A stretch of 64,000 nucleotides of DNA, taken from positions 19,397 through 83,396 of the IMG/VR virus record IMGVR_UViG_3300028030_000001; one strand, given 5' to 3'. Numbering within the stretch: the stretch's first letter is position 1; each line of letters begins with the position of its first letter. Origin of the DNA: a virus. A program made the position numbers and the translations under genes. Positions 9,261-18,950 of the stretch are shown in pieces. Under the pieces are notes generated by a model that saw nothing but the letters and a program-made list of their open reading frames with translations, was not told where the DNA came from and did no database searches.

Positions 9261-9798
9261 ATCAATCCTTACTGTACTTGCTGCAATTTTTCTCTTTGTG
9301 TGTCTTTTTGCTTGTGCCCAGCTTCAGACTGTAAGTAAACCTGCGTACAATCTTGGGGCTATTTCAGCCTATACTTATGGTTTGTCTGAGAAGATAAAAC
9401 TGGTTAAGGCTACTGTTGATGCACATCCTTACAGATTTACAAAAGACGAACTTAAAACACTTCATCAGGCATTTGAGTCTTGGGACTATATAGCGAAACG
9501 GCTCGAAGCATCTACAGCTACAGGTATAACTGCCGAAGAGTTACAGGCACTGTACCAGGTTGGTAAAGAGACATATATTAACTGTCGAAACATTGTAAAA
9601 CCCAAGCTGGACGAAATGCCGATAGAGGACCAGATGACGTTTATAAGTCTTGATATGTATGCAAAGAGACTGGACCAGGCCGTTACCGAATTCAAATCTG
9701 ATCCAAACTCAGACACAGCCATGAAAGTAGGTAAGTTTCTTCTTGAACTTGCGAACATTGCTCTTATTATTGCTCCGAAAGTGGCTGCTGTAATCTGA
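9253..9798 (+). CDS. Lipoprotein (possible spanin-like lysis component)
   Basis: Signal peptide with lipobox-like LFAC. Helical body and hydrophobic C-terminus. Confidence 0.5.
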   Translation: MTKSILTVLAAIFLFVCLFACAQLQTVSKPAYNLGAISAYTYGLSEKIKLVKATVDAHPYRFTKDELKTLHQAFESWDYIAKRLEASTATGITAEELQALYQVGKETYINCRNIVKPKLDEMPIEDQMTFISLDMYAKRLDQAVTEFKSDPNSDTAMKVGKFLLELANIALIIAPKVAAVI

Positions 9799-9965
9799 TG
9801 CGTGATACAATAATCTTTGTACTATGTTGTACTGTTATTGGCCTTGTTATTGTTTTGAACAGTACAATAAAAAACCCCGATAATATACTGAGTATGCTTA
9901 TCGGGGCTATGGCAGGCAGTGTGTCAGGCTACAGGCTTGGCAAATCTAAGGCCGAAAAGTCTTAA
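9798..9965 (+). CDS. Small two-TM membrane protein (holin-like)
   Basis: Not in the ORF track. MRDTIIFVLCCTVIGLVIVLNSTIKNPDNILSMLIGAMAGSVSGYRLGKSKAEKS. TGATG overlap with the upstream gene. Confidence 0.55.
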   Translation: MRDTIIFVLCCTVIGLVIVLNSTIKNPDNILSMLIGAMAGSVSGYRLGKSKAEKS

Positions 9966-10362
9966 CTGGTTCAACATTCCGGCAGTCGATATGAAGCCAA
10001 CTCGTACCTAGTTCTACTGCCGTTATATGTATGCGTGCGGGAATTGTTTTTGATATGATATGTTTCCGCACAAGTTCTACATCAGTGTCTCGAAATAAGC
10101 AGTCTGCCGCTCTTCCGAAGCTGTGTTGTGAAGTAGGTGAATAGTAAGGGCTGTTAGGTGTTCTGAGTCCTGACCATTCACGCTCCCCACCATGCATATA
10201 ATTGTTGATTATAATAGGCCCATACAAATCTCTGAGTATATCCAGAGACTTGAGAAGTCTGTCATCCATGAATTGCCATGCCTGTGCCCTAAATTGTGCG
10301 TAAATGTGTGGCGGAACAAGCTCATAAATTCTGAAATGATTGCATTTGTACATTTTTACCAC
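9946..10362 (-). CDS. Peptidase M15-family endolysin
   Basis: SGLR, SQHSFGRAAD and WLHID zinc-peptidase motifs. Confidence 0.85.
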   Translation of the reverse strand: MVKMYKCNHFRIYELVPPHIYAQFRAQAWQFMDDRLLKSLDILRDLYGPIIINNYMHGGEREWSGLRTPNSPYYSPTSQHSFGRAADCLFRDTDVELVRKHIISKTIPARIHITAVELGTSWLHIDCRNVEPVKTFRP

Positions 10363-10820
10363 CCAAGATATTCCACAGTATCTATAACTGCTTGAGTAAG
10401 CTGAGGTTCAAATAACATATTTCTGCAGTATTCTTTTGTAGCCTCCATAACTTTGTCTGGATTTTTAGCTTTTATTTCTGCTAAATCTTTTAGTATGCCT
10501 ATAACACCTCTATAGTTAGTAGTTTTAGGCACAGGCATCAACCCTTTCTGTGCTTTTTCTTGTATATTGTGTATTACAGAGGTATCTGACGCTGAAGTAG
10601 CACATTTTTTGGTAGTAACAGGTTTATTGTCGGACTGTTTGTTATTCGGTGTGTTGATTGTTACAGGTATCTGTCTATTACTGATTTTACTTTGTGCCAC
10701 TATGCTAATCATGGCTTGTTCTATCATGCTGTATTTGTAGTGTGTACTTACAGTAGATATAGCCATTATTAGTTCAGTAATAGCAGATTCAAAATTACGA
10801 ATATGAGTCAAGTGTCTCAT
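10356..10820 (-). CDS. Hypothetical protein
   Basis: 154 aa ORF overlapping its neighbours in the operon. Confidence 0.6.
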   Translation of the reverse strand: MRHLTHIRNFESAITELIMAISTVSTHYKYSMIEQAMISIVAQSKISNRQIPVTINTPNNKQSDNKPVTTKKCATSASDTSVIHNIQEKAQKGLMPVPKTTNYRGVIGILKDLAEIKAKNPDKVMEATKEYCRNMLFEPQLTQAVIDTVEYLGW

Positions 10821-11671
10821 CCAAAGATTCTCCTTTCCAGGTCTGAAGGAGCGGGTATTTTATCCAGCATCTCTTGTTCCAAATCCTTTGTATCCGTCCT
10901 GGTAGCCCTGTTCGGTCTTTTCTGTTTATAGTTCAAAGCACGAACGGGTACAGGTTTCTTATCTGATACAGGTTTGGTTATTTCTTTGCCTACTTTAAGA
11001 CCAGGCTTAAATAAGTCTTTCCATGAGATCATATCTTGTTGCCACGCCCATAATGCACGAGCAAGCTTAGTTCTGGCATAACCTGTAACAAGCCTTAATT
11101 CGTAACTGGTTATGGCTTTACCTCTGTGCCGTAAAACCTCATAAGTCGCATCTGTTATGTTTCTGTCCAAGTGATATAACCTGTTTCGGATATTGTCGTG
11201 TAGTTGCCTAAAATCCTGTTTTTGGGAGCACACACTGAACAGTTTAGTAATTGTGTTAGTATCACGTTTAAGCCGCTTGGCTACGTCAGATAAACTGTAC
11301 TCCTTACCGTTTATTACTACTCTCCTGGAACTGTTGTCTGGTCCGTCAATAAACTCTATCTTGTACTGTTTCTCTTTGCCCTCCATGATAACTTTCTTTC
11401 GTTCCTCAGTTATACCTGTGTCTGGCAAAGAAAATGGGTTGGTAGGGCTTGATTTTTTTGTTTCCGATTTGTGCTTGGTTTTGGTAGACTCGAATTCACC
11501 TACTGCCTCAGAGACTTTTTCTCCTATAACCTTGATTACATGCTCTGCACGGTCTTTGGGCACAGGTACTTCAAGTGCAGCTATTTCTTTTGTTTCAAGG
11601 TTTTCCCATGTCAATACAAGCACACTTAGTGTCTCGTGATACGTTGCGGATATTCTGTGTGTAGGTTTCAT
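10817..11671 (-). CDS. Hypothetical protein, possibly DNA-binding (HTH-like segments)
   Basis: YSLSDVAKRLKRDTNTI and ITSYELRLVTGYARTKL resemble helix-turn-helix motifs. Basic overall. Confidence 0.45.
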   Translation of the reverse strand: MKPTHRISATYHETLSVLVLTWENLETKEIAALEVPVPKDRAEHVIKVIGEKVSEAVGEFESTKTKHKSETKKSSPTNPFSLPDTGITEERKKVIMEGKEKQYKIEFIDGPDNSSRRVVINGKEYSLSDVAKRLKRDTNTITKLFSVCSQKQDFRQLHDNIRNRLYHLDRNITDATYEVLRHRGKAITSYELRLVTGYARTKLARALWAWQQDMISWKDLFKPGLKVGKEITKPVSDKKPVPVRALNYKQKRPNRATRTDTKDLEQEMLDKIPAPSDLERRIFG

Positions 11672-11672
11672 A

Positions 11673-12149
11673 TCAATTCACCATAATCATTGCCATATTA
11701 AAATCGCTTACTGTATAGGCAGAACTAACGAGAAATTCTCTCAACTCTTCACCGCTCTGGTCAAGTTCATAATATTTCCCGTAATAAACTGCCCGGATAC
11801 CTGCTTGTATTATAGCCTTCAAACATTCGTTACAAGGCATGATAGATACTACCATTATCGCTGATTCACAAGCGGTTCCATATTTGGCACACTGCAATAA
11901 AGCATTCTTTTCCGCATGTTCACACGGTAAGTCTTGTAATACTGTGCCGCTCTTTCTATCAGGCTTCCAACAAGTTTCATTACAGTTAGGGAACCCTGAC
12001 GGAAGTCCGTTATAACCTGTAGCGATGATACGCTTGTCTCTTACTATTACACAACCTACCTTACGCCTTACACAATGGGATTTCTCCGCTACTGTGTCCG
12101 CTACTCTCAGAAAATGTGTAAGCCAATCATGTCTTATGATACCACTCAT
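11673..12149 (-). CDS. dCMP deaminase
   Basis: CxRRKVGCVIV, TGYNG, HAEKNAL and PCNEC zinc motifs. Confidence 0.92.
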   Translation of the reverse strand: MSGIIRHDWLTHFLRVADTVAEKSHCVRRKVGCVIVRDKRIIATGYNGLPSGFPNCNETCWKPDRKSGTVLQDLPCEHAEKNALLQCAKYGTACESAIMVVSIMPCNECLKAIIQAGIRAVYYGKYYELDQSGEELREFLVSSAYTVSDFNMAMIMVN

Positions 12150-12196
12150 AACCTCTCCTGTTTTGTGCTCCGCTCAAAGAACGGAGCACAGCTTAT

Positions 12197-12475
12197 CTAC
12201 TTGTTAAGTTCTTCTTTCAACATTTTCGAACATTTGAAGGTAAGCACCTTTTTGTTTGGGTAACTGATATGTCCCCTGTTTGATTTGATTGTGCCTCCCT
12301 TACGTTCTTTAATCAGAAACCGACCAAACCCACGAATGGTGATACCGTCCTCTGCTTCTTGGGCTATGTAATCCACAAAAGCATCAAGTGTTTTGCTTAT
12401 GTGATGTTTGGAAATATGCATATCAAATATTTCCTCAACTCTTTCCTGTACTCCGTCTACTATCTTTCTGTGCAT
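12197..12475 (-). CDS. HU/IHF-family DNA-binding protein
   Basis: ITIRGFGRF...RKG...FKCSKMLKEELN. Confidence 0.85.
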   Translation of the reverse strand: MHRKIVDGVQERVEEIFDMHISKHHISKTLDAFVDYIAQEAEDGITIRGFGRFLIKERKGGTIKSNRGHISYPNKKVLTFKCSKMLKEELNK

Positions 12476-12479
12476 GATG

Positions 12480-13013
12480 CTACTCCTTAAAGTATTCCAG
12501 TGCTACGTCAGTAGCTACTATTTCAGCCATTATGAGGCTGTCACTTAGATGTATTTCTGTAAAATCCTTTATGTCGATTCGCTCCGAAGAGTGATCTGAT
12601 TCCGGTTCAATCCCATCCCTAACCAGTTTCAGTACCACACCACCAAAAGTTTCTGTTATCAATCTGGCTTCATTTTCCCTCCTTACATCATCAATTATTA
12701 CGTGTTTGTGTGGGCATTTCCGTATAGCTCGTTCCATGTTGATTACCCATAAATCCTCATGAATCAAGTCTCTGACACACTCCGTTCCGAATATCTGCAT
12801 GATCTGTCTTGGAGTCTTGCCGTATTCAGGCAATATTTGAGACTTGAGTTCCCGACTCATGAAGTATTCTATCGGATACCCGGTAAAGACAGAGCAAGCT
12901 TTTTTGAGCGGATAGGCAAACGAATATACCACACAGTCAGTTGTATTCTTACGCATGAAATTGGCGAAAGTTGTCTTACCTGTGCCTGCGTAACCGGCCA
13001 AACCTATGATCAT
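12480..13013 (-). CDS. Deoxynucleoside monophosphate kinase
   Basis: GYAGTGKTT P-loop, FAxPLK, TPRQIMQxFGTE, DDVRxxNE, HSSE. Confidence 0.9.
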   Translation of the reverse strand: MIIGLAGYAGTGKTTFANFMRKNTTDCVVYSFAYPLKKACSVFTGYPIEYFMSRELKSQILPEYGKTPRQIMQIFGTECVRDLIHEDLWVINMERAIRKCPHKHVIIDDVRRENEARLITETFGGVVLKLVRDGIEPESDHSSERIDIKDFTEIHLSDSLIMAEIVATDVALEYFKE

Positions 13014-14356
13014 AAACAGTTCTCCTTTATGTATTCCAATGTATCTGTTTCTCCGTCTTTATCGAATCTGATTTCAACCAGTCTAGGAAGAAATAGCGAG
13101 TACACGCCGTCTCGTGAGTCTGAATCAATAACGGATTCGTACCGAACCGTGGCAAGTTTCCCGATACAATCAGAATCAATACTTTCTCTGTCTCTGTCCG
13201 TAAGCCCTGAACTTACCTGTACCTTAACCTTACCATCATCCGATTCGAGTATAAGACTGCCTACACAATGTTCGTACTTAGTGCCCTGTTTCCCTGGCAG
13301 AATCTGTTTTATTCTGAGTTCACAATCGGATTCGTTTTTGATTTTGATCTGGTCTTTTGACGTGCCATCTTTCCAGATTCCGTACTTGTTCTTTACTACA
13401 CAACCTTCCTCACCAGATAATCTCATAGCCCTATAATGGTGAGCTATATCTTCATTAGACCTTACAATGTGTGTTATTATAGCCTCGAACACATCTACCC
13501 GTCTGTGTGTTTCAGCTATTTCACGGCATTTTTCGTACCTGTCCATGTACGGGGTAGTGCTCATACCTCTAACAAATACCTCGTATGTAACACAGTCCCA
13601 TATACTGTAACATACACTATTAAGTTCTTCTTTAGTGGCCGTGTCTTTAATACATTTGTTGATTATGCCGTTACCTTTCTTACGAGGTAGGACAAATCCG
13701 TTTTCGTCTCTTACAAGAAGCTCCCCCATAAGTACATATCGTGTATTGTACAAGCCAAGAGCTTTAGCTTGTATCATCATGGTATCATACAAAAGTACAC
13801 CAGGCTCAGACAACGCTACAATATCTGATCCGTTTCTGGTCATGAAACCTACATCTTTTGCGTTAAAGTAAGCGTAAGCGAATACGCCATCAGCCTTTGG
13901 CTGTAACATGGCCGGGAACGTAATATTGCCTATTTTGGCTTGGGAAGAACAGCGCATATAAGGAATAATCGTAATAAGGCCAGGCTCGACTTTATTCACG
14001 GTCTTGGCCGCAATTCCGCTTCCTAACCGTTTCGTTACTATCCGGCGCACAACTTCCCATGTTTCCTTGTCAGGAATCATTGAAAACAGTTCATCCTTTT
14101 CTTCTTTCTTGATTCCTCTTTGTATCGACAACTCAATAAGTTTGTTTAGAATGTCATTACCTGGTGTCTGTACACCCGTATTTTTGAACTTGGGTAGTTT
14201 GTTGATATGGAAAGTGTATCCTGGGTCAAGCGACAGCATAGCAGTTGTCCTGAACAGTGGATCAGTCAGGAAATCTTTAAGAAGCTGTTTTTTGGTTTGT
14301 GCTGAATTTGCTTCAGACAAGAGTTGAAGCTTGTCATAAACTGGTTTCAGGCTCAT
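13010..14356 (-). CDS. ATP-dependent DNA ligase
   Basis: KADG motif I, GEL, EEGCVVK, KIK and SLFLPR in the OB-fold. Confidence 0.93.
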   Translation of the reverse strand: MSLKPVYDKLQLLSEANSAQTKKQLLKDFLTDPLFRTTAMLSLDPGYTFHINKLPKFKNTGVQTPGNDILNKLIELSIQRGIKKEEKDELFSMIPDKETWEVVRRIVTKRLGSGIAAKTVNKVEPGLITIIPYMRCSSQAKIGNITFPAMLQPKADGVFAYAYFNAKDVGFMTRNGSDIVALSEPGVLLYDTMMIQAKALGLYNTRYVLMGELLVRDENGFVLPRKKGNGIINKCIKDTATKEELNSVCYSIWDCVTYEVFVRGMSTTPYMDRYEKCREIAETHRRVDVFEAIITHIVRSNEDIAHHYRAMRLSGEEGCVVKNKYGIWKDGTSKDQIKIKNESDCELRIKQILPGKQGTKYEHCVGSLILESDDGKVKVQVSSGLTDRDRESIDSDCIGKLATVRYESVIDSDSRDGVYSLFLPRLVEIRFDKDGETDTLEYIKENCL

Positions 14357-14517
14357 TTACATTCTCCTACCTTTGAGTTTCTGGTATTCGTTGCGTTTAT
14401 CGTCAGCTACAATACACACCCTAGCACCTTTATCGAGTTTCCACACATAGCTCCTATGTCTTGGAGAATACTCTGTGCCATACACTGTCTTACGAATCTT
14501 TTTTGCTTTCTTGTTTC

Positions 14518-15138
14518 TCATTTAACACCTCTTAACCTGTATTTTTCTATCTTATCACACACCAAAAATTCTTTACTATGTGTAGACAGAATCAGTTGTA
14601 ACCCCAATTCAGAACATAACCTGCTCAGAACTTTAGCAGCTAATGCCTGATTATCCTCACTCAAATGTTTTAATGGTTCATCAGCTATAATTACCGGAGC
14701 GGATTCTGTCAGGACTACATAAGCCATTCTGAGTACGGTCGAGGCTATATCAGCGTAACCGAACCCACAAGACCTCAATGGGTCGTATTGATTACCGTCC
14801 CGCTCATAGGCAAATTCGCATTTAAGCTTACTCCGGTAAAAACTGAAAACGGATTTGAAAGCATAAACATTGTCTGATTCAGAACTGAACACGGCTTTGA
14901 ACGCTTCAGTTACTACATCATCGAAATAACTGGAAGCTGTAGATTGTACGATATAAAGAGCGTCATACAAGACCTCAAGTGCTTGTTTATTGGTTTGTAG
15001 CTTGTTCTGTAACTGCTCTGAGTTGTGTTCAAGCTCTGATTTTAAAGTAGTCAGGTACTCAAACCTTTTAGTGGCCTTGTCTAGTCTATTCTTCAGTTTC
15101 GAGTTCAAGGAAGTCTCCGTACTCTGATATAAACTCAT
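14518..15138 (-). CDS. SbcC/Rad50 C-terminal half (ABC signature plus Walker B)
   Basis: Coiled coil followed by SCGFG signature-like motif, IIADEP Walker B and STH H-loop. No Walker A. Confidence 0.8.
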   Translation of the reverse strand: MSLYQSTETSLNSKLKNRLDKATKRFEYLTTLKSELEHNSEQLQNKLQTNKQALEVLYDALYIVQSTASSYFDDVVTEAFKAVFSSESDNVYAFKSVFSFYRSKLKCEFAYERDGNQYDPLRSCGFGYADIASTVLRMAYVVLTESAPVIIADEPLKHLSEDNQALAAKVLSRLCSELGLQLILSTHSKEFLVCDKIEKYRLRGVK

Positions 15139-15340
15139 CCCATAACTGATTAGCCTTCTCTATAGCTTCATTCACTTCTTTCTTTTGTTTTTCCAGGTAA
15201 GCTTCGGCTTCCTCTATAGTATCGAAACCTAACCTGTCCATGAGTGCTTCATATTTTCCTTCGAGCTTGTCTCGTTCTTTTTTCTTGGCCTCTATCTGTT
15301 CCTCAATGATTTTCAGATCATCTTCTGTAAATTTAAGCAT
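15086..15340 (-). CDS. Small coiled-coil protein
   Basis: Charged heptad repeats. Likely start MLKFTEDD at 15340. Confidence 0.65.
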   Translation of the reverse strand: MLKFTEDDLKIIEEQIEAKKKERDKLEGKYEALMDRLGFDTIEEAEAYLEKQKKEVNEAIEKANQLWDEFISEYGDFLELETEE

Positions 15341-16097
15341 CAGAAAACCTCTCCAACAACTCATCACGTAACGGTTTTATAAGTGCCTGCATTTGTGGGT
15401 CAGCAGCAGAAGAACAACGCAATTCAAATATTGTTTTCCATTGAGACAGTCTTGTAGTCATAACAATGACTGTAGATAATGCTTGTGGAAGTATGTTTCT
15501 GGCCTGTTGTGCAGGCAAACCACGATTGAGCATTTTCAGATATGTAAGCTCAATATTGTGCAGTTCCATAGTAAACTCGTCTTGGATACTGTGATGCCAT
15601 TCCTCAAACTTGACAGGCTTTATGAAAACAAGTCCTTCACTTTCACGGCAATACCTGGTAGATTTTATAGAAAACCCGCAGAACAATCTGTGTCTTGTAA
15701 GTTCCGCCATCATTGCTCTGTTCGTAAAGAACTCTACCGTAATCATAGGATTACTTATATTCTGCTTGTTTCCGTCAAAGAAAGGCTCAAGATCGTCCAC
15801 AGATTCGATTCCATACCGCTCTATGAATACTCTGAGATTGTTTGCGTACCGACCATCACCTGCATAAGCTTCCCATCGAGAATTAATTGCGTTATCTGTT
15901 ATCACATCAACATGCTCAAATACAGACAAATGACCTCTTCTCAAGAGGTGGTTAAGCATCGGTTTCCACGAATCTTCCGTTATCTTGTCTCTTGAATCGT
16001 AACAAGTCCTGCCTGCTTTTTCTATCCACTTCATAGCAGGCACGAATTCTGTAGGTGGCACACCCCAAATGCTATGATATTGTTCTTTGATTTGCAT
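15333..16097 (-). CDS. thyX: FAD-dependent thymidylate synthase
   Basis: AGRTCY, GHxSVFEH, ELTRHR...SxxSTRY and ARxILP motifs. Confidence 0.92.
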   Translation of the reverse strand: MQIKEQYHSIWGVPPTEFVPAMKWIEKAGRTCYDSRDKITEDSWKPMLNHLLRRGHLSVFEHVDVITDNAINSRWEAYAGDGRYANNLRVFIERYGIESVDDLEPFFDGNKQNISNPMITVEFFTNRAMMAELTRHRLFCGFSIKSTRYCRESEGLVFIKPVKFEEWHHSIQDEFTMELHNIELTYLKMLNRGLPAQQARNILPQALSTVIVMTTRLSQWKTIFELRCSSAADPQMQALIKPLRDELLERFSDA

Positions 16098-17040
16098 TGA
16101 TCCACTCCTCTATTTTGTTTCGTACTGCATCTGCTACTTTACGGTCGTTTAACAGGTGCTTGATTACTTCTATTGGGTCAGGTGTTACCTCTTTGTTGCC
16201 AAATGCCTGCAACAGTTTCTGTACATCAACAGATACTGTTTTCTTTTCTTTTTTCTCTACTTCATCAGGTGTTACTTTGTAGTATTGTTCGGCAGGTAAC
16301 AAGGACTGAAGCACAATACGCCTCCATTCAAGCGTTTCGCTGTTGATAAGCCATACACAAGGTTCATGGTCATACTGGTTTATTGCAGACCTTGCGATAG
16401 AACCGCAGTTGATCAAAAGTTGATCATTTGTCTGAGTAACGAAAGATTGATGATTGTCTCCGCACAAGAACAGTTTTATATGTGGATTAGTCTGCATCAA
16501 ATCTTCAGACAGGAGGTATTTTGATTCGTCTATGGGTAAGGTTGTGTTCGATACAAGAGCGTGAACGAGAGCTTTATTTTTGTGTGTACTTATTATGTCA
16601 GACTCTGTATCGAGTTTGATAACGTAAGAAGAATCAATGGCTAACTTGACAACACCAGCAGCTATAAGCGTACCAAATTGGCTGTCTTTCACGCCTTCCA
16701 TTGTGTAGTTGTAATTCTTTACGTCATGATTGCCCGGTATAGCTTTTATTGGTACGCTCCAATGCCTGAGTTCTGTGATAAGGTCGAACATCTGAGATTC
16801 TGTTATGTTTCCTGTAGGTGCATCAAACCAGTCACCTACAAACACAACCTCTCTTACTTTATGATACTTTGCTATACCTCGTATTTCTTCAAGTGACAGC
16901 ATTGACTGTTCAAACATACTGACCTCGTTCCTGACATACTTAGGAACTCGATTAGTCATATGTAAGTCAGCAAATGCCAGTATATCAAACTCTCCAGTGG
17001 ATTCTGTAGGCTCCACACTTGGGGCAGGTTTCAAGACCAC
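16072..17040 (-). CDS. SbcD/Mre11-like metallophosphoesterase nuclease
   Basis: DLH, GDWFD, GNHD, GDNH and NCGS motifs. Confidence 0.88.
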   Translation of the reverse strand: MVLKPAPSVEPTESTGEFDILAFADLHMTNRVPKYVRNEVSMFEQSMLSLEEIRGIAKYHKVREVVFVGDWFDAPTGNITESQMFDLITELRHWSVPIKAIPGNHDVKNYNYTMEGVKDSQFGTLIAAGVVKLAIDSSYVIKLDTESDIISTHKNKALVHALVSNTTLPIDESKYLLSEDLMQTNPHIKLFLCGDNHQSFVTQTNDQLLINCGSIARSAINQYDHEPCVWLINSETLEWRRIVLQSLLPAEQYYKVTPDEVEKKEKKTVSVDVQKLLQAFGNKEVTPDPIEVIKHLLNDRKVADAVRNKIEEWINANQRTIS

Positions 17041-18343
17041 TCTCTATCTCCTTTCTTTTCCGTTCCAGTTCATGAATGGAGTCTGAAACTGATTGAATTT
17101 CTGACTCACTCTGTAACAGTTTCCTGATATTGTTCGTGAGTTCTTCTATTGTTCCACGTGAAACATAAACTGATTTTGTCAGTGTGCTTAACCTGTCTAT
17201 GTTTGTAACACATTGGTTAAGTTGCTCAAACTGTCGTAACTTCCTGTGATAAAGTTTGGTATCTTCTGCTCTGTTTATTATTTCTGTTATATTACTGATT
17301 ACAGCTATACGGCCTTTAAGCTCTCCAAGTGTGTTAAACGATTGAGCTAACGCACTGTCCATAGAATCTAGCACTGTACCGATACGATCCAGAGACTTGA
17401 GCATTGACACAAGTGTATCATATTTTGAAACTTTGTCAACAACTTTTCTAAGTTCTTGAGGTGTTTCAGACGCTAACAAACTTTCAGGCAGGTCTGTTTC
17501 AAGTCTGTTTCTTGTGTGTTTTGCTTCTTGTACACCATATTCAGTTTCGTTTATCTCTCTGGCAAGTTTAGCCGATGCTACAAGAGCTTTTTTGAGCTTT
17601 TCTATGTTTATACTCGAAACAGTAGCCAGTCTGTGTGCATTGTCTCGTAATGTCCTGGCGTCTGTTATGCTTGACTGTAATTGTTCCGCTCTGTCTTTCT
17701 TACTCTCATACTCCTTAACCATCTCTTCCCAGGTACGATACATATTGTTGGCCGGTTCAACCCAAGAAAGTGATTTAAGTTCTTTACTACGTTTAGACAG
17801 ATTTTTGTCTGTTATTTTTGACTCTTGTTCTATAGCTTTGGTTTCTTTCTCTGCCAGTTCCAGTAGCTCTACCAATTCAGAAAAGTCAAACACATCATTT
17901 AACTTTTCCATTAGTTCAGAAGGCTTGTCATCAAGCATAAAGAACTGGTCTTTTTGTATCTTGATGTTCAGGTCAGTAATATCAAGCAGAGCCTTAACAG
18001 CTTCAGGTACTTTGCCGATACCTACTGCCTTGAGTATTTGTGGTTCGTATTTGTCTTTAGTTATCCTGTACTCATTTAACCTGTTCTTCTGCCATATTCT
18101 GTGTATCCTGCTCCCATCACCAAGCTCTACAATAACTTCCATAACATCTTTAGGATGTTTGTTGTTTATAAGCTTTGCAGGTGTGCCTACGTTTCTAAGA
18201 CACCACAATAAAGCTCGTATGATACTTGACTTACCTACGTCTGATGGGCCTTGCAAAACAGTAAGTACACTATTGAAATCTATAATAAGACGTTCATGTT
18301 TTTCAAAATTTTTGAGCGTGAGTTTTTTAATGACCAGTTTCAT
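16985..18343 (-). CDS. SbcC/Rad50 N-terminal half (Walker A, coiled coil, ends at the zinc hook)
   Basis: LKNF..H, GPSDVGKSS Walker A, Q-loop region, long coiled coil and terminal CPKCG. Confidence 0.85.
   Translation of the reverse strand: MKLVIKKLTLKNFEKHERLIIDFNSVLTVLQGPSDVGKSSIIRALLWCLRNVGTPAKLINNKHPKDVMEVIVELGDGSRIHRIWQKNRLNEYRITKDKYEPQILKAVGIGKVPEAVKALLDITDLNIKIQKDQFFMLDDKPSELMEKLNDVFDFSELVELLELAEKETKAIEQESKITDKNLSKRSKELKSLSWVEPANNMYRTWEEMVKEYESKKDRAEQLQSSITDARTLRDNAHRLATVSSINIEKLKKALVASAKLAREINETEYGVQEAKHTRNRLETDLPESLLASETPQELRKVVDKVSKYDTLVSMLKSLDRIGTVLDSMDSALAQSFNTLGELKGRIAVISNITEIINRAEDTKLYHRKLRQFEQLNQCVTNIDRLSTLTKSVYVSRGTIEELTNNIRKLLQSESEIQSVSDSIHELERKRKEIESGLETCPKCGAYRIHWRV
17150..17165. 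promoter_or_regulatory. parS site (TGTTCCACGTGAAACA) inside the SbcC N-half gene
   Basis: Exact match to the bacterial parS consensus TGTTNCACGTGAAACA. Encodes the YVSRGT segment of the protein. Confidence 0.7.
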
Positions 18344-18351
18344 ACTAACAC

Positions 18352-18621
18352 CTATAGTTTGTGTGGGTTTAGATATTCAAGTAGCTTGTTAAAATCTTTG
18401 TCTCTATCAGTGTGTTTGTAGTACCTCCAACATATGTCAGTACCTATAAACCTTATGCACGGATAAGGTTTAGTAGTGTCTACAGGACAGTTACCGCCTT
18501 TAACATAATCAATATCTTTAGAAATGCCTTGGCACATAATTATATTAACAGGTATGTTTTCACGGGGTAATTTGTCGTGTACTATCTCAGACACAGAACT
18601 CAACACAAACAAGTGTTTCAT
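18352..18621 (-). CDS. Hypothetical protein
   Basis: ORF in operon context. Confidence 0.5.
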   Translation of the reverse strand: MKHLFVLSSVSEIVHDKLPRENIPVNIIMCQGISKDIDYVKGGNCPVDTTKPYPCIRFIGTDICWRYYKHTDRDKDFNKLLEYLNPHKL

Positions 18622-18950
18622 AGTCCCAACCTTTCACGTATCATCCGTTTCATAATGTCTTTACCGTCAATATAGCTTTTTTCGCTTACAGTATCTGCGT
18701 CCCAGGCAACACCGCAAATAATAGCATCTTTAGGTATATTGTGCTCAACACAAAACTCACGTAACGTCTTGGCAAGTTCTATCGCATTAGTAAAAACATC
18801 TTCAGATAAACCTAACGGTTGTTCTGATGTTATATACCTTACTGGTTCGTTTACAGGAAAATCGTCTGTTTCGCTGAAACTGTCACGTAACTCTCGCATA
18901 ATTCGTTCGTTTTCTTTATTTATCTCTCTCATTTTAGCGTCATGATCCAT
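18618..18950 (-). CDS. Hypothetical protein
   Basis: ORF overlapping its neighbours. Confidence 0.55.
   Translation of the reverse strand: MDHDAKMREINKENERIMRELRDSFSETDDFPVNEPVRYITSEQPLGLSEDVFTNAIELAKTLREFCVEHNIPKDAIICGVAWDADTVSEKSYIDGKDIMKRMIRERLGL

Noticed and set aside
11673-16097. Modified-base (hypermodification) pathway
   Set aside because: dCMP deaminase, ThyX and dNMP kinase are explained by ordinary dTTP supply; no base-modifying enzymes were recognised.
17514-18392. 292-aa plus-strand ORF and similar antisense ORFs (e.g. 12759..13436, 22998..23504, 54816..55322)
   Set aside because: They are shadows of well-supported genes on the other strand and have no motifs or RBS.
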